From: an uncultured Actinomycetota bacterium
GTDB lineage: Bacteria; Actinomycetota; Actinomycetes; Actinomycetales; Dermatophilaceae
NCBI GenBank assembly: GCA_963757405.1
Contig: CAVWRI010000020.1
Span: 7,379-71,378, forward strand
DNA length: 64,000 nt
Reading direction: 5' to 3'
The notes below the pieces were generated by a model. That model was not told the DNA's origin. It saw only the letters and a list, made by a program, of their open reading frames with translations, and made no database searches. The number at the start of each line of letters is the position of its first letter. The first letter of the stretch is position 1. Both the position numbers and the translations under genes were made by a program. Shown here piece by piece: positions 45,917 to 55,723 of the stretch.

Positions 45917-47144
45917 GCGCGGGCCGTCGTCGGTCCCGGGTCGGTGCGTCCTCGGCCGGCCCGACCGCATCCGGGGGCTCGGGGCGCACCGGTGGGCCGA
46001 CGGCATCCGGGTCGCGCAGGGCGCGCGGCTCCACGAGGGCGGCGACCTTCTCCTCGGTCTGGGCGGTCAGCTCGTAGCGCTGCTTGTAGATCTCGAGCAT
46101 CGCCATGGCGGTGGCGGTGAGAGGCACGGCCAGCAGGGCCCCCGCCAGGCCGAAGAGCTGGGCCCCGAGGATCGCGGAGCCGAACGACACCGCGGGGTGC
46201 ACGTCGACGGCCCGCGCGGAGATGCGCGGCTCGAAGGTGAGGTTCTCGACCTGCTGGTAGACGATGCCCCAGAGGAGCACCCAGACGCCGAGGATCGGGT
46301 CGCCCGAGGTGAGGCCGACGATCGTCGGCAGGGCGATCGAGATGTAGGTGCCGACGTTGGGCACGAACTGAGCGACGATGCCCGTCCACAGGGCGAGCGG
46401 CAGCCAGTAGGGCAGCCCGATGAGGTAGAAGACGATGCCGCTGGAGACGGAGTTGATGGAGGCGAGCACCACGCGCGCGGCGATGTAGCCGCCGACCTTG
46501 ATGCGGGTGAGGTCCCACGCCGCGAGGAAGGGCACCTGGAGCCGCGGCCTCACCCGGTGGGCCAGCCAGCCGCGGAGGGCCGGCATCCCCACCGACATGT
46601 AGAAGACGAAGAACCCCACGGCGAAGAGCCCGAACGTCGTCGACAGCACGGCGGCCACGAGGCCGATCACCCCGACCGCCACGTCCTGCGCGTACGAGGT
46701 GATGTCACCGGGGGTGATGCCCGCGCTCTCGACGAGCTGCTCGACGGTGTACTGCGAGCCGGTGACCTCGTTGAGCCTCGCGAGGACGGCGTCGGCCATC
46801 TCCGGGACGGCGGCCACGAGCTGGGACAGCTGGTCGACGAGGAGGCTGCCGAAGGCCCAGAAGAAGGCGGCGAAGCCGACGACGAGGCCGACCATGACCG
46901 CGGTCGTCGCGAGGGCCCGCGGCATCCACCGGGTGAGGCGGCTGACGGCGGGCTCCATGGCGAGTGCGAGGAACCAGCTGAGGACGAGGTAGTAGATCAT
47001 CGTCGCGCCCCGCGTGAGGACGAAGGCCCCGGCGGCCACGATGAGGAGCACCCCCACGACGACCCAGGTGCGCTGCCAGTCGGAGCGCCCCGGGGCGGCC
47101 GGCACGTCACCGGTCGAGCCGGCGACCAACGAGGTCGCGTCCAT
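45771..47144 (-). CDS. AI-2E family transporter (3' end overlaps yihY, uncertain)
   Basis: LALAMEP, GGYI, FVPNVG, YQQVENL.FEPRI, GALLAVP; possible leaderless promoter TACTGT. Confidence 0.9.
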   Translation of the reverse strand: MDATSLVAGSTGDVPAAPGRSDWQRTWVVVGVLLIVAAGAFVLTRGATMIYYLVLSWFLALAMEPAVSRLTRWMPRALATTAVMVGLVVGFAAFFWAFGSLLVDQLSQLVAAVPEMADAVLARLNEVTGSQYTVEQLVESAGITPGDITSYAQDVAVGVIGLVAAVLSTTFGLFAVGFFVFYMSVGMPALRGWLAHRVRPRLQVPFLAAWDLTRIKVGGYIAARVVLASINSVSSGIVFYLIGLPYWLPLALWTGIVAQFVPNVGTYISIALPTIVGLTSGDPILGVWVLLWGIVYQQVENLTFEPRISARAVDVHPAVSFGSAILGAQLFGLAGALLAVPLTATAMAMLEIYKQRYELTAQTEEKVAALVEPRALRDPDAVGPPVRPEPPDAVGPAEDAPTRDRRRPALRSRDPAPAPGAPAARAAAGRAGPVASRPTPPPGRSGPRRHRRPRRGR

Positions 47145-47397
47145 GGGCACACAGTAGGCGTTCGTGGCCCGTCGTTGCGGGACCCCCCGCGCACGGCGGA
47201 GGGCCCGGCCGGCAAGGTTGAGCGCACTCAGGACGTAGAGGGTGAGGTGGGCGTCAAAAGGCGCCACCACGAAGGCGTCGTTGCCGGTGGTCAGGTACGG
47301 CAGGCGCATCAGCTAACGCGCGCACCTATCCTGCGACGCGACCTGCGGGTCAGGCACGTCGAGGGACGCCGGGCCGCCTCGGCTCGCACGATCCAGC

Positions 47398-49518
47398 TCA
47401 ATCCGCGGCTTGAGCCATCAGCCAGGCGAGCAGGTACGACCGGCTGTTGCCGTCGTCGACCCACTTCGCGTCCAGCCTCGATGCCTCCTTCAGCGCGGCG
47501 GCGGCGTCCTCCTGGCCGGCCAGGCCGGCATACATGAGCAGGTAGTCGCCGAACTGCTGCGCGTACCCCGCGCCCGCGGTCGCCTCCGACACCTGGGCGC
47601 GGATCCGGTCCGGGTCGCCACCGAGGTATCCGGTGGCGCTCGGGCTCGCGGGCAGCACGAGGATCGCCAGCATCGCCGCCGGCGAGGGCGAGAACCACGT
47701 TGCATAGTCCCGCTTGCCACCCCAGTTGAGCGAGACGACCTGGTGGCCAAAGCCCTGGTAGACCGGGTCGCTCGTGTCGAGCCGCAGCCCGTAGAGCAGC
47801 GCCGTCGACTGCTCGCCGGCGAGCATCCAGGTGGCCTCGGCCTTGAGCGGCTGGTTGCGGGTCGCGTCGGCCCACAGGCTCAGCCCGGTCCAGGCGGTCA
47901 CCGCCTCGGAGGTGCTCTCCTGGTTGTTCCCGTCGCCGAACGGCGCGGTGCCGCTCGCCCACGAGTGCGCGTTGTACGCGTCGAAGGGGCGCCGGTCCGG
48001 GAACAGCCCGTTCGTCCCGGTGCCGGCGATGTCGGCGGCGACGAGGTCCATGACCGGCTGCCACTTCTCGGCCAGCGCGGGGTCGCTGCCGGCCAGCACC
48101 CCGGCGGTGTAGAGGAAGTATCCGTAGTGGAAGTGGTGGTCGTTGTACTCGTCCGAGCCGAAGGACGCGGTCTGCCCGATCAGACCCTTGCCCTGCGGGT
48201 CGTAGACGAAGCAGAAGGCCGGACGCTTCTCGCAGCCCTTCGGGTCGGTCCACTGGTCGATCTGCTCGACGAGCGTCGCCTTGACCGATGCCGTCACGTC
48301 CTCGATCCCGAGCTGGGTGGCCAGCTGGTAGAGCTGGGCGGACCGGTAGAGCGCCTTGCCGCCGAAGTAGGTGTCGGCGGGGTACGGCTTGGTCTCGGCG
48401 ACGTCCTTGCGGACCTGGTCGGCCAGCCTCGACCGTGCGTCGGCGGTGAGTCCTCCGAGGCCCAGCTGGGTGGTGACCTCTCGGGTGGGCGCGCTCCACG
48501 CGAGCGTGTCGCCGCGGCAGACCGAGAGGACGCCGTACACGCTCGGGAAGGTCCCGAGGTCGCAGGTCGTGCCGGCCGCGAGACCGGCCTTCTGGTGCGG
48601 CATCGCCACGACCGCGCCGTCTGCTCCGCCGTCGTGCGAGTACGTGAGGGTGGTGGTCGCCGAGCCGGAACCGACGGCATACGCGGCTCGTCCGGCCGCG
48701 ACCGGGGCGACGGTCGACGCCATGGCCGCGGCGGATCCGCCGTCCGGGACAGCGAACCAGGTGACCCTGCCGCCGGCCTCGAGCGAGATGGCGGTACCGC
48801 TGGCGGTGGCCTTGTCGAGGACCAGCCCGTAGGTGCGCCCGGCGACCGTGACGGTCGGTGGCTCGCCGGCGCTGAACGCGACGTCCTGGCCGAGGTCCAC
48901 TGCATCGGTGGCGGTGAAGGTCACCGCCGGCGAGCCCTGCGCCAGGACGGTGTGGCCGAGCGCCTTCCCGTCGTTCCCCCGCTGCTCGAGGGTGACAGTG
49001 AGGTCGTCGTAGCCGGACACCACGGTCGACCGCGTCCCGGGCACCGTCACGGTGACGTCCGAGACGGCTCCGCCCATGATCGCCTTGTCCGACGTCGTGA
49101 CCCTGGGGACGCCGAAGCCGAACCCCGTCTCCTGCTCGGTGAAGCTGAGCGGCACGGCGAACACGGGGAGCGCCTCGGGCCCGAGGGCGAGACTGGAGAA
49201 CCACCGGTTGGTCGGCGGGACGAGGCCCTCCGCCAGGCGGTCTGCCTGGAGCGGCTTCGGCGTCTTCTGGACCACGGACTGGGCAGCCTTCCGCAGGGCG
49301 TCGGGGGCGAGGACCGCGGTGCTGGCGTCACCGCCGCCCTGGACGGCTTCGCCCTGGTCATCGGTGTCGCCGATGCTGCCCGAGGAGGCGGAGCAGGCGG
49401 TCACGGTGGCGAGCACCGCGACGGTGAGGACGGACAGGCCCGGACGCAACAGCCCGACACGGCTTGGACGTGTCGCCTCGCGGCGGCCAGCCCGGGCCAG
49501 AGAGAGGAGAGTTCGCAT
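47398..49518 (-). CDS. GH81 endo-beta-1,3-glucanase, predicted lipoprotein
   Basis: PPTNRWFS, DTYFGGK, YNDHHFHYGYF, HSWASG, GNNQESTSEA; lipobox VTAC. Confidence 0.9.
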   Translation of the reverse strand: MRTLLSLARAGRREATRPSRVGLLRPGLSVLTVAVLATVTACSASSGSIGDTDDQGEAVQGGGDASTAVLAPDALRKAAQSVVQKTPKPLQADRLAEGLVPPTNRWFSSLALGPEALPVFAVPLSFTEQETGFGFGVPRVTTSDKAIMGGAVSDVTVTVPGTRSTVVSGYDDLTVTLEQRGNDGKALGHTVLAQGSPAVTFTATDAVDLGQDVAFSAGEPPTVTVAGRTYGLVLDKATASGTAISLEAGGRVTWFAVPDGGSAAAMASTVAPVAAGRAAYAVGSGSATTTLTYSHDGGADGAVVAMPHQKAGLAAGTTCDLGTFPSVYGVLSVCRGDTLAWSAPTREVTTQLGLGGLTADARSRLADQVRKDVAETKPYPADTYFGGKALYRSAQLYQLATQLGIEDVTASVKATLVEQIDQWTDPKGCEKRPAFCFVYDPQGKGLIGQTASFGSDEYNDHHFHYGYFLYTAGVLAGSDPALAEKWQPVMDLVAADIAGTGTNGLFPDRRPFDAYNAHSWASGTAPFGDGNNQESTSEAVTAWTGLSLWADATRNQPLKAEATWMLAGEQSTALLYGLRLDTSDPVYQGFGHQVVSLNWGGKRDYATWFSPSPAAMLAILVLPASPSATGYLGGDPDRIRAQVSEATAGAGYAQQFGDYLLMYAGLAGQEDAAAALKEASRLDAKWVDDGNSRSYLLAWLMAQAAD

Positions 49519-49519
49519 A

Positions 49520-50257
49520 TCAGCTCAGTCCGATCTTGACGAGGAATGCGCGGAGTGCGTCGGTCGGACCCGCCAGCGGGCCGTCGTCGCGGAGCGACAG
49601 GGTCGCGGCGACCGGCGTGCCCGGCTGGGCCAGCTCGGCAAGGCTCGGGTCCTGGAGCGCGTCGCTGTCGACGGTCACCCGGGTCTTGGCCAGTCCGTTC
49701 TCGGTCTGGACCGAGACCGCCCGCACGGTGCCTTCGACGGTGCTGTCGTCGGGCAGCCGCAGGCTCACCCGGGCGCCCTCGACGATCCGCTCGTAGTCAC
49801 GCGGTGACAGCGTGAAGTCGGCCACGGCGTGCTGCGAGCCGTCGGAGACGATCATGGCGAGGTTCGCGCCGCTCTGGACGAAACCGCCCACCTGCGCCCC
49901 GACGTCGGAGAGCCGGCCGTCGCTGAGCGCCTTGTAGGTCACGGTCGACGCCTGGGTGTCGACGGTGAACGCCTCGGTCGAGGCCACCTCGAGATCCTGT
50001 GAGAGGTCTCGCCGCAGATCGGGGCTGTTGACGGTGAAGAGCGGCTGGCCCATCGTGACGTCGTCGCCCTCCTCGGCCTCGACCCTGGTGACGACACCGC
50101 CGTAGGCGGCGCCCACCGAGGCCTGGGCCGAGACCACCTGACCGGTGGTGCTGAGAGCCTGGGCCTGGCGCTGGTTGAAGACCAGCACGAGGACAGCGGT
50201 CAGGGCGAGGACGGCGAGGATGCCGCAGATGAGTCTGAGTCGTTGAGTCCAGGTCAT
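49520..50257 (-). CDS. HlyD/membrane-fusion-like adaptor protein
   Basis: N-terminal TM; split lipoyl hairpin (GGVVTRV..EGDDVTMGQPLF / SDGRLSDV..GGFVQSG); no long coiled coil. Confidence 0.75.
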   Translation of the reverse strand: MTWTQRLRLICGILAVLALTAVLVLVFNQRQAQALSTTGQVVSAQASVGAAYGGVVTRVEAEEGDDVTMGQPLFTVNSPDLRRDLSQDLEVASTEAFTVDTQASTVTYKALSDGRLSDVGAQVGGFVQSGANLAMIVSDGSQHAVADFTLSPRDYERIVEGARVSLRLPDDSTVEGTVRAVSVQTENGLAKTRVTVDSDALQDPSLAELAQPGTPVAATLSLRDDGPLAGPTDALRAFLVKIGLS

Positions 50258-52002
50258 GACGGGACCTCCTGGGTTGCTGCGGTTCCGGCCACCACGAGGT
50301 CGTCGCGCCTCGTCGCCCCGACGTGCTCGACGGGGCGGGCGACGACCGTGCGCACGGCCGGCTCGGGGGTCGGTTCGGTCTCGGACTCCGGAACGTGGCG
50401 GCGCCTGGCCAGCTCTCGGAACGCGGCGCCGATGAAGGCGCCGAGGATGATCGTGTTGGTGATGTTCCAGATGGTCGCCAGCGTCAGCTGGCTGTGGTTC
50501 ACGTCGCGCCAGACGGCCACGAACGAGGTCGGCAGCAGGAACGTGAACAGCAGGACCTGCGGGACCATGAAGGCGAACGGAGAGGCCAGGCGGTGCTGCC
50601 CGCCCGTGACGTGCCACTTGGTGTCCCTGCCGGTGATGACGTTGAACAGCGCCCGCGTGTAGATCGGGAACGACACCGTGGCGAGGAGCAGGCACTCCCA
50701 GCGGAACGAGCCGAGCGTGAAGAACGCCAGGACGATCTGCATGACGTAGAAGCCCGCGTAGTAGAGCAGCCAGGTGCCCAGGCCCAGGTCCATGGTCACG
50801 GGGCGGAGGTCGAAGTAGATCTCCAGCGGCGGGACGAGCAGGAGGAGCAGGGGCGTGATGCCGGCGAGGTAGTGCGTGGCGGTGACGAGGTACATGATCC
50901 GTTGGTCCGGCGTGAGCCGGCGCCGTGGACTGAGTGGGTTGTGGGTCAGGAGGATCTCGAACCCGCCGGTGGCCCACCGCTGCTGCTGCTTGGTGAAGCC
51001 CTCGATGGTCTCGGGCGCGTCGCCGACGGCCAGCTCGTCGGGGATGTAGACGCTGCGCCACCCGCGCTCATGGAGCATCAGCGAGGTCCACACGTCCTCG
51101 GACTTGCTGCCGGTGTACATGCCGCCGATGTCGTCGACGGCCTGGCGACGGAAGACCACGTTGGTGCCGACGCAGAACGCGGCGTTGAAGTGGTTCCGCC
51201 CCGGTTGGATGAACCGGTAGAACACGGTCTGCATGTAGCCGGCGCCGCGGGCGATGACGGTGTGGAGGTTGCCGTACACCTGCGGCGTCTGGACGAAGGC
51301 GACGTCCTCGCTGACGAAGAACGGCAGCGTCTCGACGAGGAAGTCCTCCTTCGGGACGAAGTCCGCGTCGAGGATCGCGAAGTACTCGCCCTTGGCGATG
51401 GACAGTGCGTGGTTGACATTGCCCGCCTTGGCGCCGTTGCTGGACAGCCGGCGGACGTAGAGACAGCCCAGCTCGGCCGCGAGGTCCTTGACCTCGTCGG
51501 ACCTGCCGTCGTCGAGGATCCAGGTCCGGTGCCTCCCGTGCATGGCCGTGGCGGCCGTTGCGGTGCGCCGGATGGTCTCGACGGGCTCGCCGTAGACGGT
51601 GATGAAGACGTCGACCAGGACTTCGTGGCCGTTGAGGCGGAAGGGCCACTGCGTGGTGTCCCTGCCGTTCCGAGCGGCCCACATGGGGTCGAACAGCGCG
51701 TCCCGGGCGGCGTAGTACGCGTAGTCGCGCGGGCTGGTCGCCCCGGAGAGGATGGTCCACATCGCCAAGAGGGCCTGGAGGATCAAGACGCTCTCGGCGA
51801 CGATGACCATCGAGTACGGCAGCCAGTCACCGCGGTTCGCGGGGTTGAGCAGAAAGCCCGCGTAGAGCAGCACACCGATGGCCGCGATGACGGTCAAGAG
51901 GATCATGACCGGCGAGTAGTCCGAGGAGACTCGGGCCCGGCGCTCGGTCAGGACCTGGGCATCGCCGCCGGCCAGATCATGGGAAGGGTCGAAGGACAAC
52001 AT
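50254..52002 (-). CDS. Processive GT2 beta-glucan synthase (BcsA/CrdS-like), no PilZ domain
   Basis: DVFITVYGEP, LDDG, AKAGNVN, DADF, VQTPQ, FCVGTN, SED, QQQRW; flanking TM helices. Confidence 0.92.
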   Translation of the reverse strand: MLSFDPSHDLAGGDAQVLTERRARVSSDYSPVMILLTVIAAIGVLLYAGFLLNPANRGDWLPYSMVIVAESVLILQALLAMWTILSGATSPRDYAYYAARDALFDPMWAARNGRDTTQWPFRLNGHEVLVDVFITVYGEPVETIRRTATAATAMHGRHRTWILDDGRSDEVKDLAAELGCLYVRRLSSNGAKAGNVNHALSIAKGEYFAILDADFVPKEDFLVETLPFFVSEDVAFVQTPQVYGNLHTVIARGAGYMQTVFYRFIQPGRNHFNAAFCVGTNVVFRRQAVDDIGGMYTGSKSEDVWTSLMLHERGWRSVYIPDELAVGDAPETIEGFTKQQQRWATGGFEILLTHNPLSPRRRLTPDQRIMYLVTATHYLAGITPLLLLLVPPLEIYFDLRPVTMDLGLGTWLLYYAGFYVMQIVLAFFTLGSFRWECLLLATVSFPIYTRALFNVITGRDTKWHVTGGQHRLASPFAFMVPQVLLFTFLLPTSFVAVWRDVNHSQLTLATIWNITNTIILGAFIGAAFRELARRRHVPESETEPTPEPAVRTVVARPVEHVGATRRDDLVVAGTAATQEVPS

Positions 52003-52284
52003 GGCACCCCCGTGCCAAAACGGTTGGGGTTCACCGATGCCCGTTGGCGGGGCGCAGATGAATTGACATCGGCCCCGTTGCCGACGGGGGAGGTTGAGGA
52101 CCTCGACCCCGTGACTCGAGAGTAGGCGACGCCCGGCCGACAATCGACCACGTCGACGTCGCCGTGCTCAGGACGTGGCCCACCTCACATCCGACATGTC
52201 CGGTGTTCCGCCCCTTGGACAGATACCAGAGGTACGTGGCGGGGACCCGAGCTCCCCGTCACGGATCGGTTCTGGTGACCGGCG

Positions 52285-52887
52285 CGTGGTCGGGCTGGTC
52301 AGCAACGCCGGAATAGCGGTCCCTTCGCCGCTGGACTACCTCCCTCCGGACCAGCTGCGTCACCAGCTCGACGTCAACCTGGTCGGCCAGCTGGCCGTGG
52401 TCCAGGCCGTGTTGCCCGCCCCGCGGACGACGCGGGGACGCGTCGTCGTGATCGGATCCATCGCCGACCGCGTCGCGCTGCCGATGCTTGCGGCCTACCA
52501 CGCGTCGAAGTTCGGACTGCTCGGGTTGACCGACAGCCTGCGAGCCGAACTAGCCCCTTCCGGGGTGCGTGTCGTGCTGATCGAGCCCGGGGCGATCTCC
52601 ACCCGGATCTGGACCTCCGGTCGCGTGCGCGGTGACGAACTGCTCGCCGCGGCGCCACCAGAGGCAACCAACCGCTACAAGGCCCAGATCGACCGGGCCC
52701 GCGCCGATGCGCGCTGCGATCCGCGGACCGCGGGCTGCCGCCCTCAGTGGTCGCCAGGGTGATCACGAAAGCCATGACCACCGGGAACCCTCGCCCGCGG
52801 TACCTCGTCGGGCGGGACGCCCAGATTGCCGCCATGATCGCCCGGCTGCCTGATCGCCTTCGTTACCGGCTCACCGCCAGCACCTGA
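52285..52887 (+). pseudogene. Truncated SDR oxidoreductase
   Basis: SNAGI, YHASK, IEPG, PRPRYLVG present; N-terminal GxxxGxG absent; frameshift near 52720. Confidence 0.75.
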
Positions 52888-52964
52888 GACCGGGGGTAGC
52901 GGACCTGCGAGAGAAGATCGACGAGGACTGCCGCAAGGCGGTGTTTCGGCCCAGCCAGGATGCC

Positions 52965-52981
52965 TCACCCCGTGCGGGTGG
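52965..52981. promoter_or_regulatory. TCACCC-N5-GGGTGA-type palindrome, copy 5 (orphan)
   Basis: TCACCC-CGTGC-GGGTGG between convergent 3' ends. Confidence 0.45.
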
Positions 52982-53029
52982 GTGGGAGAGGGTGTGGGGC
53001 GCATGTCGAGTATCGACGTCAGCTCTTCG

Positions 53030-54187
53030 TCAACTGGTCGCCGTGGGCGCCGGGCTCGGCGACGTCGACGGGGTTGCTGAAGGCGCGGCTCCGATCTCGG
53101 CGATGGCCTTCTCGAGCGCGACGATCGTGGCCGCGTCGACGGTGCCGGTGACCTTCACCCCGAGGTCCTTCTGCAGCTTCTCGAGGGCGTCGGTGAGCTC
53201 GTCGGTCCACACGCCGTCGACGGGGCCGTCCCAGTAGCCGGCGAGCTTGAGGGTCTGTTGCACCGCTGCCGTGGATGCCGTCTCCTCCTGGGCCGCTGCA
53301 CCACCCTTGGCCGCGAGCTCCGAGCGCAGCGCCTTCTCGGTCGCCTTGTCCAGAGTTCCGGTCTGCGGCAGGCCGTTGGCCTTCTGCAGGGCCTGGACCG
53401 CCGCCACCGTCTTGGGTCCGTAGACGCCGTCGACCTTCGCGTCGTAGTAGCCGGCGTCGGCGAGCGCCTGCTGGAGGGTCTTCGTGTAGGAGCTCACGGC
53501 CTTGGCCGCCGTGTCCTGCTGGGCGTCGGTGAGGCACCCGCTGTCCCCGATGAGCTGGAGCCAGGCCATCTCGAGGGCCACGGCCGCGGCGTTGAACTGC
53601 TCTGCCGCCTGCGCCAGTGGGGTCTTGTCGGTGATGCCCGCCTGGGCGGCCGCGAGCTCGGTCTCCGCCTCCTGCACGCGCGTGATGCTGGCCGGGGTCG
53701 GCGACGGACTGGGGCTCTTGCTCGACGGCGCCGCGGAGGGCGTCGTTCCCGAGGCCGAGGCCTGGGCGGCCGCGAGCGCGGCCTGGGCGTCGGCGAGCTC
53801 CTGCTCCGCCGTGGCGACACCGGTGCGGGTGTCGGCCACCGCTGTCGCCGCCTTCTGCGCGTCCTCCCCCGGCTGCGCGAGGTCACTGCCGGCCTCCTTG
53901 ACGTCACCCACGGTGGGGGCCGTGGCGTTGAGGACGTCGCCGTAGCGGTCGATCGCGGTGACATAGGTCGCGCTCGCGGTGCAGAACTCGGTCGCGGCCG
54001 CCTTCGCGGCGGCCTCGGCCTCGGTCAGCGCCTTCTCCTTGGTCGTCACCGTGGCCTGGGCCGCCTTGAGCGACGCGTCCTGGCCATCACCGCTGCACCC
54101 CGTCAGCGCCACGAGCAGGATGCCGGTCACGGCGAGTGCGACGGGTCGGCCGCCGGAGTGGGGCAGGGGACGCAGGTTCGGGTGCAT
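53030..54187 (-). CDS. Lipoprotein with coiled-coil region and two PG_binding_1 domains
   Basis: Lipobox LTGC; LQQAL..AGYY..VDGVYGPKT..AVQALQ and VQQTL..AGYW..VDGVW. Confidence 0.87.
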   Translation of the reverse strand: MHPNLRPLPHSGGRPVALAVTGILLVALTGCSGDGQDASLKAAQATVTTKEKALTEAEAAAKAAATEFCTASATYVTAIDRYGDVLNATAPTVGDVKEAGSDLAQPGEDAQKAATAVADTRTGVATAEQELADAQAALAAAQASASGTTPSAAPSSKSPSPSPTPASITRVQEAETELAAAQAGITDKTPLAQAAEQFNAAAVALEMAWLQLIGDSGCLTDAQQDTAAKAVSSYTKTLQQALADAGYYDAKVDGVYGPKTVAAVQALQKANGLPQTGTLDKATEKALRSELAAKGGAAAQEETASTAAVQQTLKLAGYWDGPVDGVWTDELTDALEKLQKDLGVKVTGTVDAATIVALEKAIAEIGAAPSATPSTSPSPAPTATS

Positions 54188-54207
54188 GGGGATCATCCTG
54201 TCCGGGG

Positions 54208-55710
54208 TCAGGGGGTCGCCGCCGGCGTGGGTGTCGCCGACGTGGGGAGGGTGTGGGTGTGTGCGGAGGCGGCCGCGGCGGCGTCCTCCAGGGTGCCGGT
54301 CGAACTGCGGGCCCGTCGGCCCATGACGACGGCCATCGCGACGCCGGCCAGGCTGAAGACGGCCATCATCCAGGCCGTGGCGGACAGCCCGGCGGTGAGT
54401 GCCTCTCCGGTGGGGACACCGTCTGCGGTCTGCGAGGCGGTGACCGAGCTGTAGATGGTGGCGGCCAGGGCGGTCGCCACCGCCGCGCCCACGTAGCGCG
54501 CCATGTTGGACACCCCGGATGCGGACCCGACCTGGTCGACGGGGACGCAGGCGGTCGAGGCCGATGACGCCGGTCCGTTGGACATCCCCATTCCCACGGC
54601 GATCGCGACCAGGGGGATGACGAAGGCTCGGTACAGCCAGTCCGCGTCCGCGAGTCCGATGACCGCGAACCCGGCCGCGGTGATCGCGAACCCCAGCCCC
54701 ACGACCTGGCGGGCCCCCAGCCGAGCCGCGAACCTGGGCACGAGGGGTGCCACCACGACGAGGCCGACGGTGGCCGGCAGCGTGGCGAGCCCCGCCTGCA
54801 GGGGGGTGAACCCGAGCGAGCTCGGGTCCTGGAACCACAGGCTCAGCACGTACATCAGCGCGTTGATCGTGCCCGCGCCGATGAGGATCGCGACGGTGGA
54901 GCCCACGAGCACCCGGTTGCGCAGCAGGGCCAGGTCGAGCAGCGGAACGGCGACCCGCTTCTCGACCATGACGAAGGCGACGGCGGCGAGGACGGCCACG
55001 GCCAGGCAGCCGATCGTCGCGGCGGAGGCCCAGCCCCAGGCGCTGCCCTTGCTCAGGGCGAGGATGAGCGGCCCGAGAGTCAGGGCGATCAGGACGCTGC
55101 CGGAGTAGTCGATCGAGCGCGACCGGTTCGGGTCCTTGGACTCCTGGACGCTGCGGCGGGTGATGACCATGCAGACCAGCCCGACGACGGCGTCGATCCA
55201 GAACAGCCCCTGCCAGCCGGTGATGTCGACCAGCACGCCACCGATCAGCGGCCCGGCCGCGGCCCCGACCGCCGCGGCGGCTCCCCACAGCGAGACCGCG
55301 CGCAGCTGTTCCGCCCCGGAGTTGGCGACGGTCAGCAGGCTGAGCCCGCAGGCCAGGATGGTGGCGCCGGCCGCACCCTGGATGAACCGGCCGGCGATCA
55401 CGGCGCCGCCCGAGCTCGAGAGCCCGATGAGCACGCAGGACACGACGAAGAGAGCCAGCCCGAGCTGGAACACCCGGCGCCGCCCGAAGACGTCGCCGAG
55501 CGACCCGGACGTCACGATCACCGCGGCGCCGACGAGGGAGTAGCCGGTGACGGCCCACTGCAGGGTGTCGACGGACGTGCCGGTGTCGTCACTGATGGCG
55601 GGCAGCAGGATGCTGACGGCCGACGTGTTGGCGTTGACGACGAGCGTCGACAGGCAGGTGGCGGCGAGGACCCCGCCGGCTCGCGCCGTCGCGGCCTGCG
55701 TGGCGGTCAC
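54208..55710 (-). CDS. MFS transporter, DHA2/14-TM type
   Basis: GSLGDVFGRRR, GRFIQG, GPLIGG, WQGLF, ASGVSNMAR. Confidence 0.9.
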   Translation of the reverse strand: MTATQAATARAGGVLAATCLSTLVVNANTSAVSILLPAISDDTGTSVDTLQWAVTGYSLVGAAVIVTSGSLGDVFGRRRVFQLGLALFVVSCVLIGLSSSGGAVIAGRFIQGAAGATILACGLSLLTVANSGAEQLRAVSLWGAAAAVGAAAGPLIGGVLVDITGWQGLFWIDAVVGLVCMVITRRSVQESKDPNRSRSIDYSGSVLIALTLGPLILALSKGSAWGWASAATIGCLAVAVLAAVAFVMVEKRVAVPLLDLALLRNRVLVGSTVAILIGAGTINALMYVLSLWFQDPSSLGFTPLQAGLATLPATVGLVVVAPLVPRFAARLGARQVVGLGFAITAAGFAVIGLADADWLYRAFVIPLVAIAVGMGMSNGPASSASTACVPVDQVGSASGVSNMARYVGAAVATALAATIYSSVTASQTADGVPTGEALTAGLSATAWMMAVFSLAGVAMAVVMGRRARSSTGTLEDAAAAASAHTHTLPTSATPTPAATP

Positions 55711-55723
55711 CGGCTCGCGCCCG

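Noticed and set aside
52003-52260. Known c-di-GMP or c-di-AMP riboswitch before the GT2 gene
   Set aside because: I could not find the GEMM or ydaO consensus elements; kept only as an unassigned structured leader.
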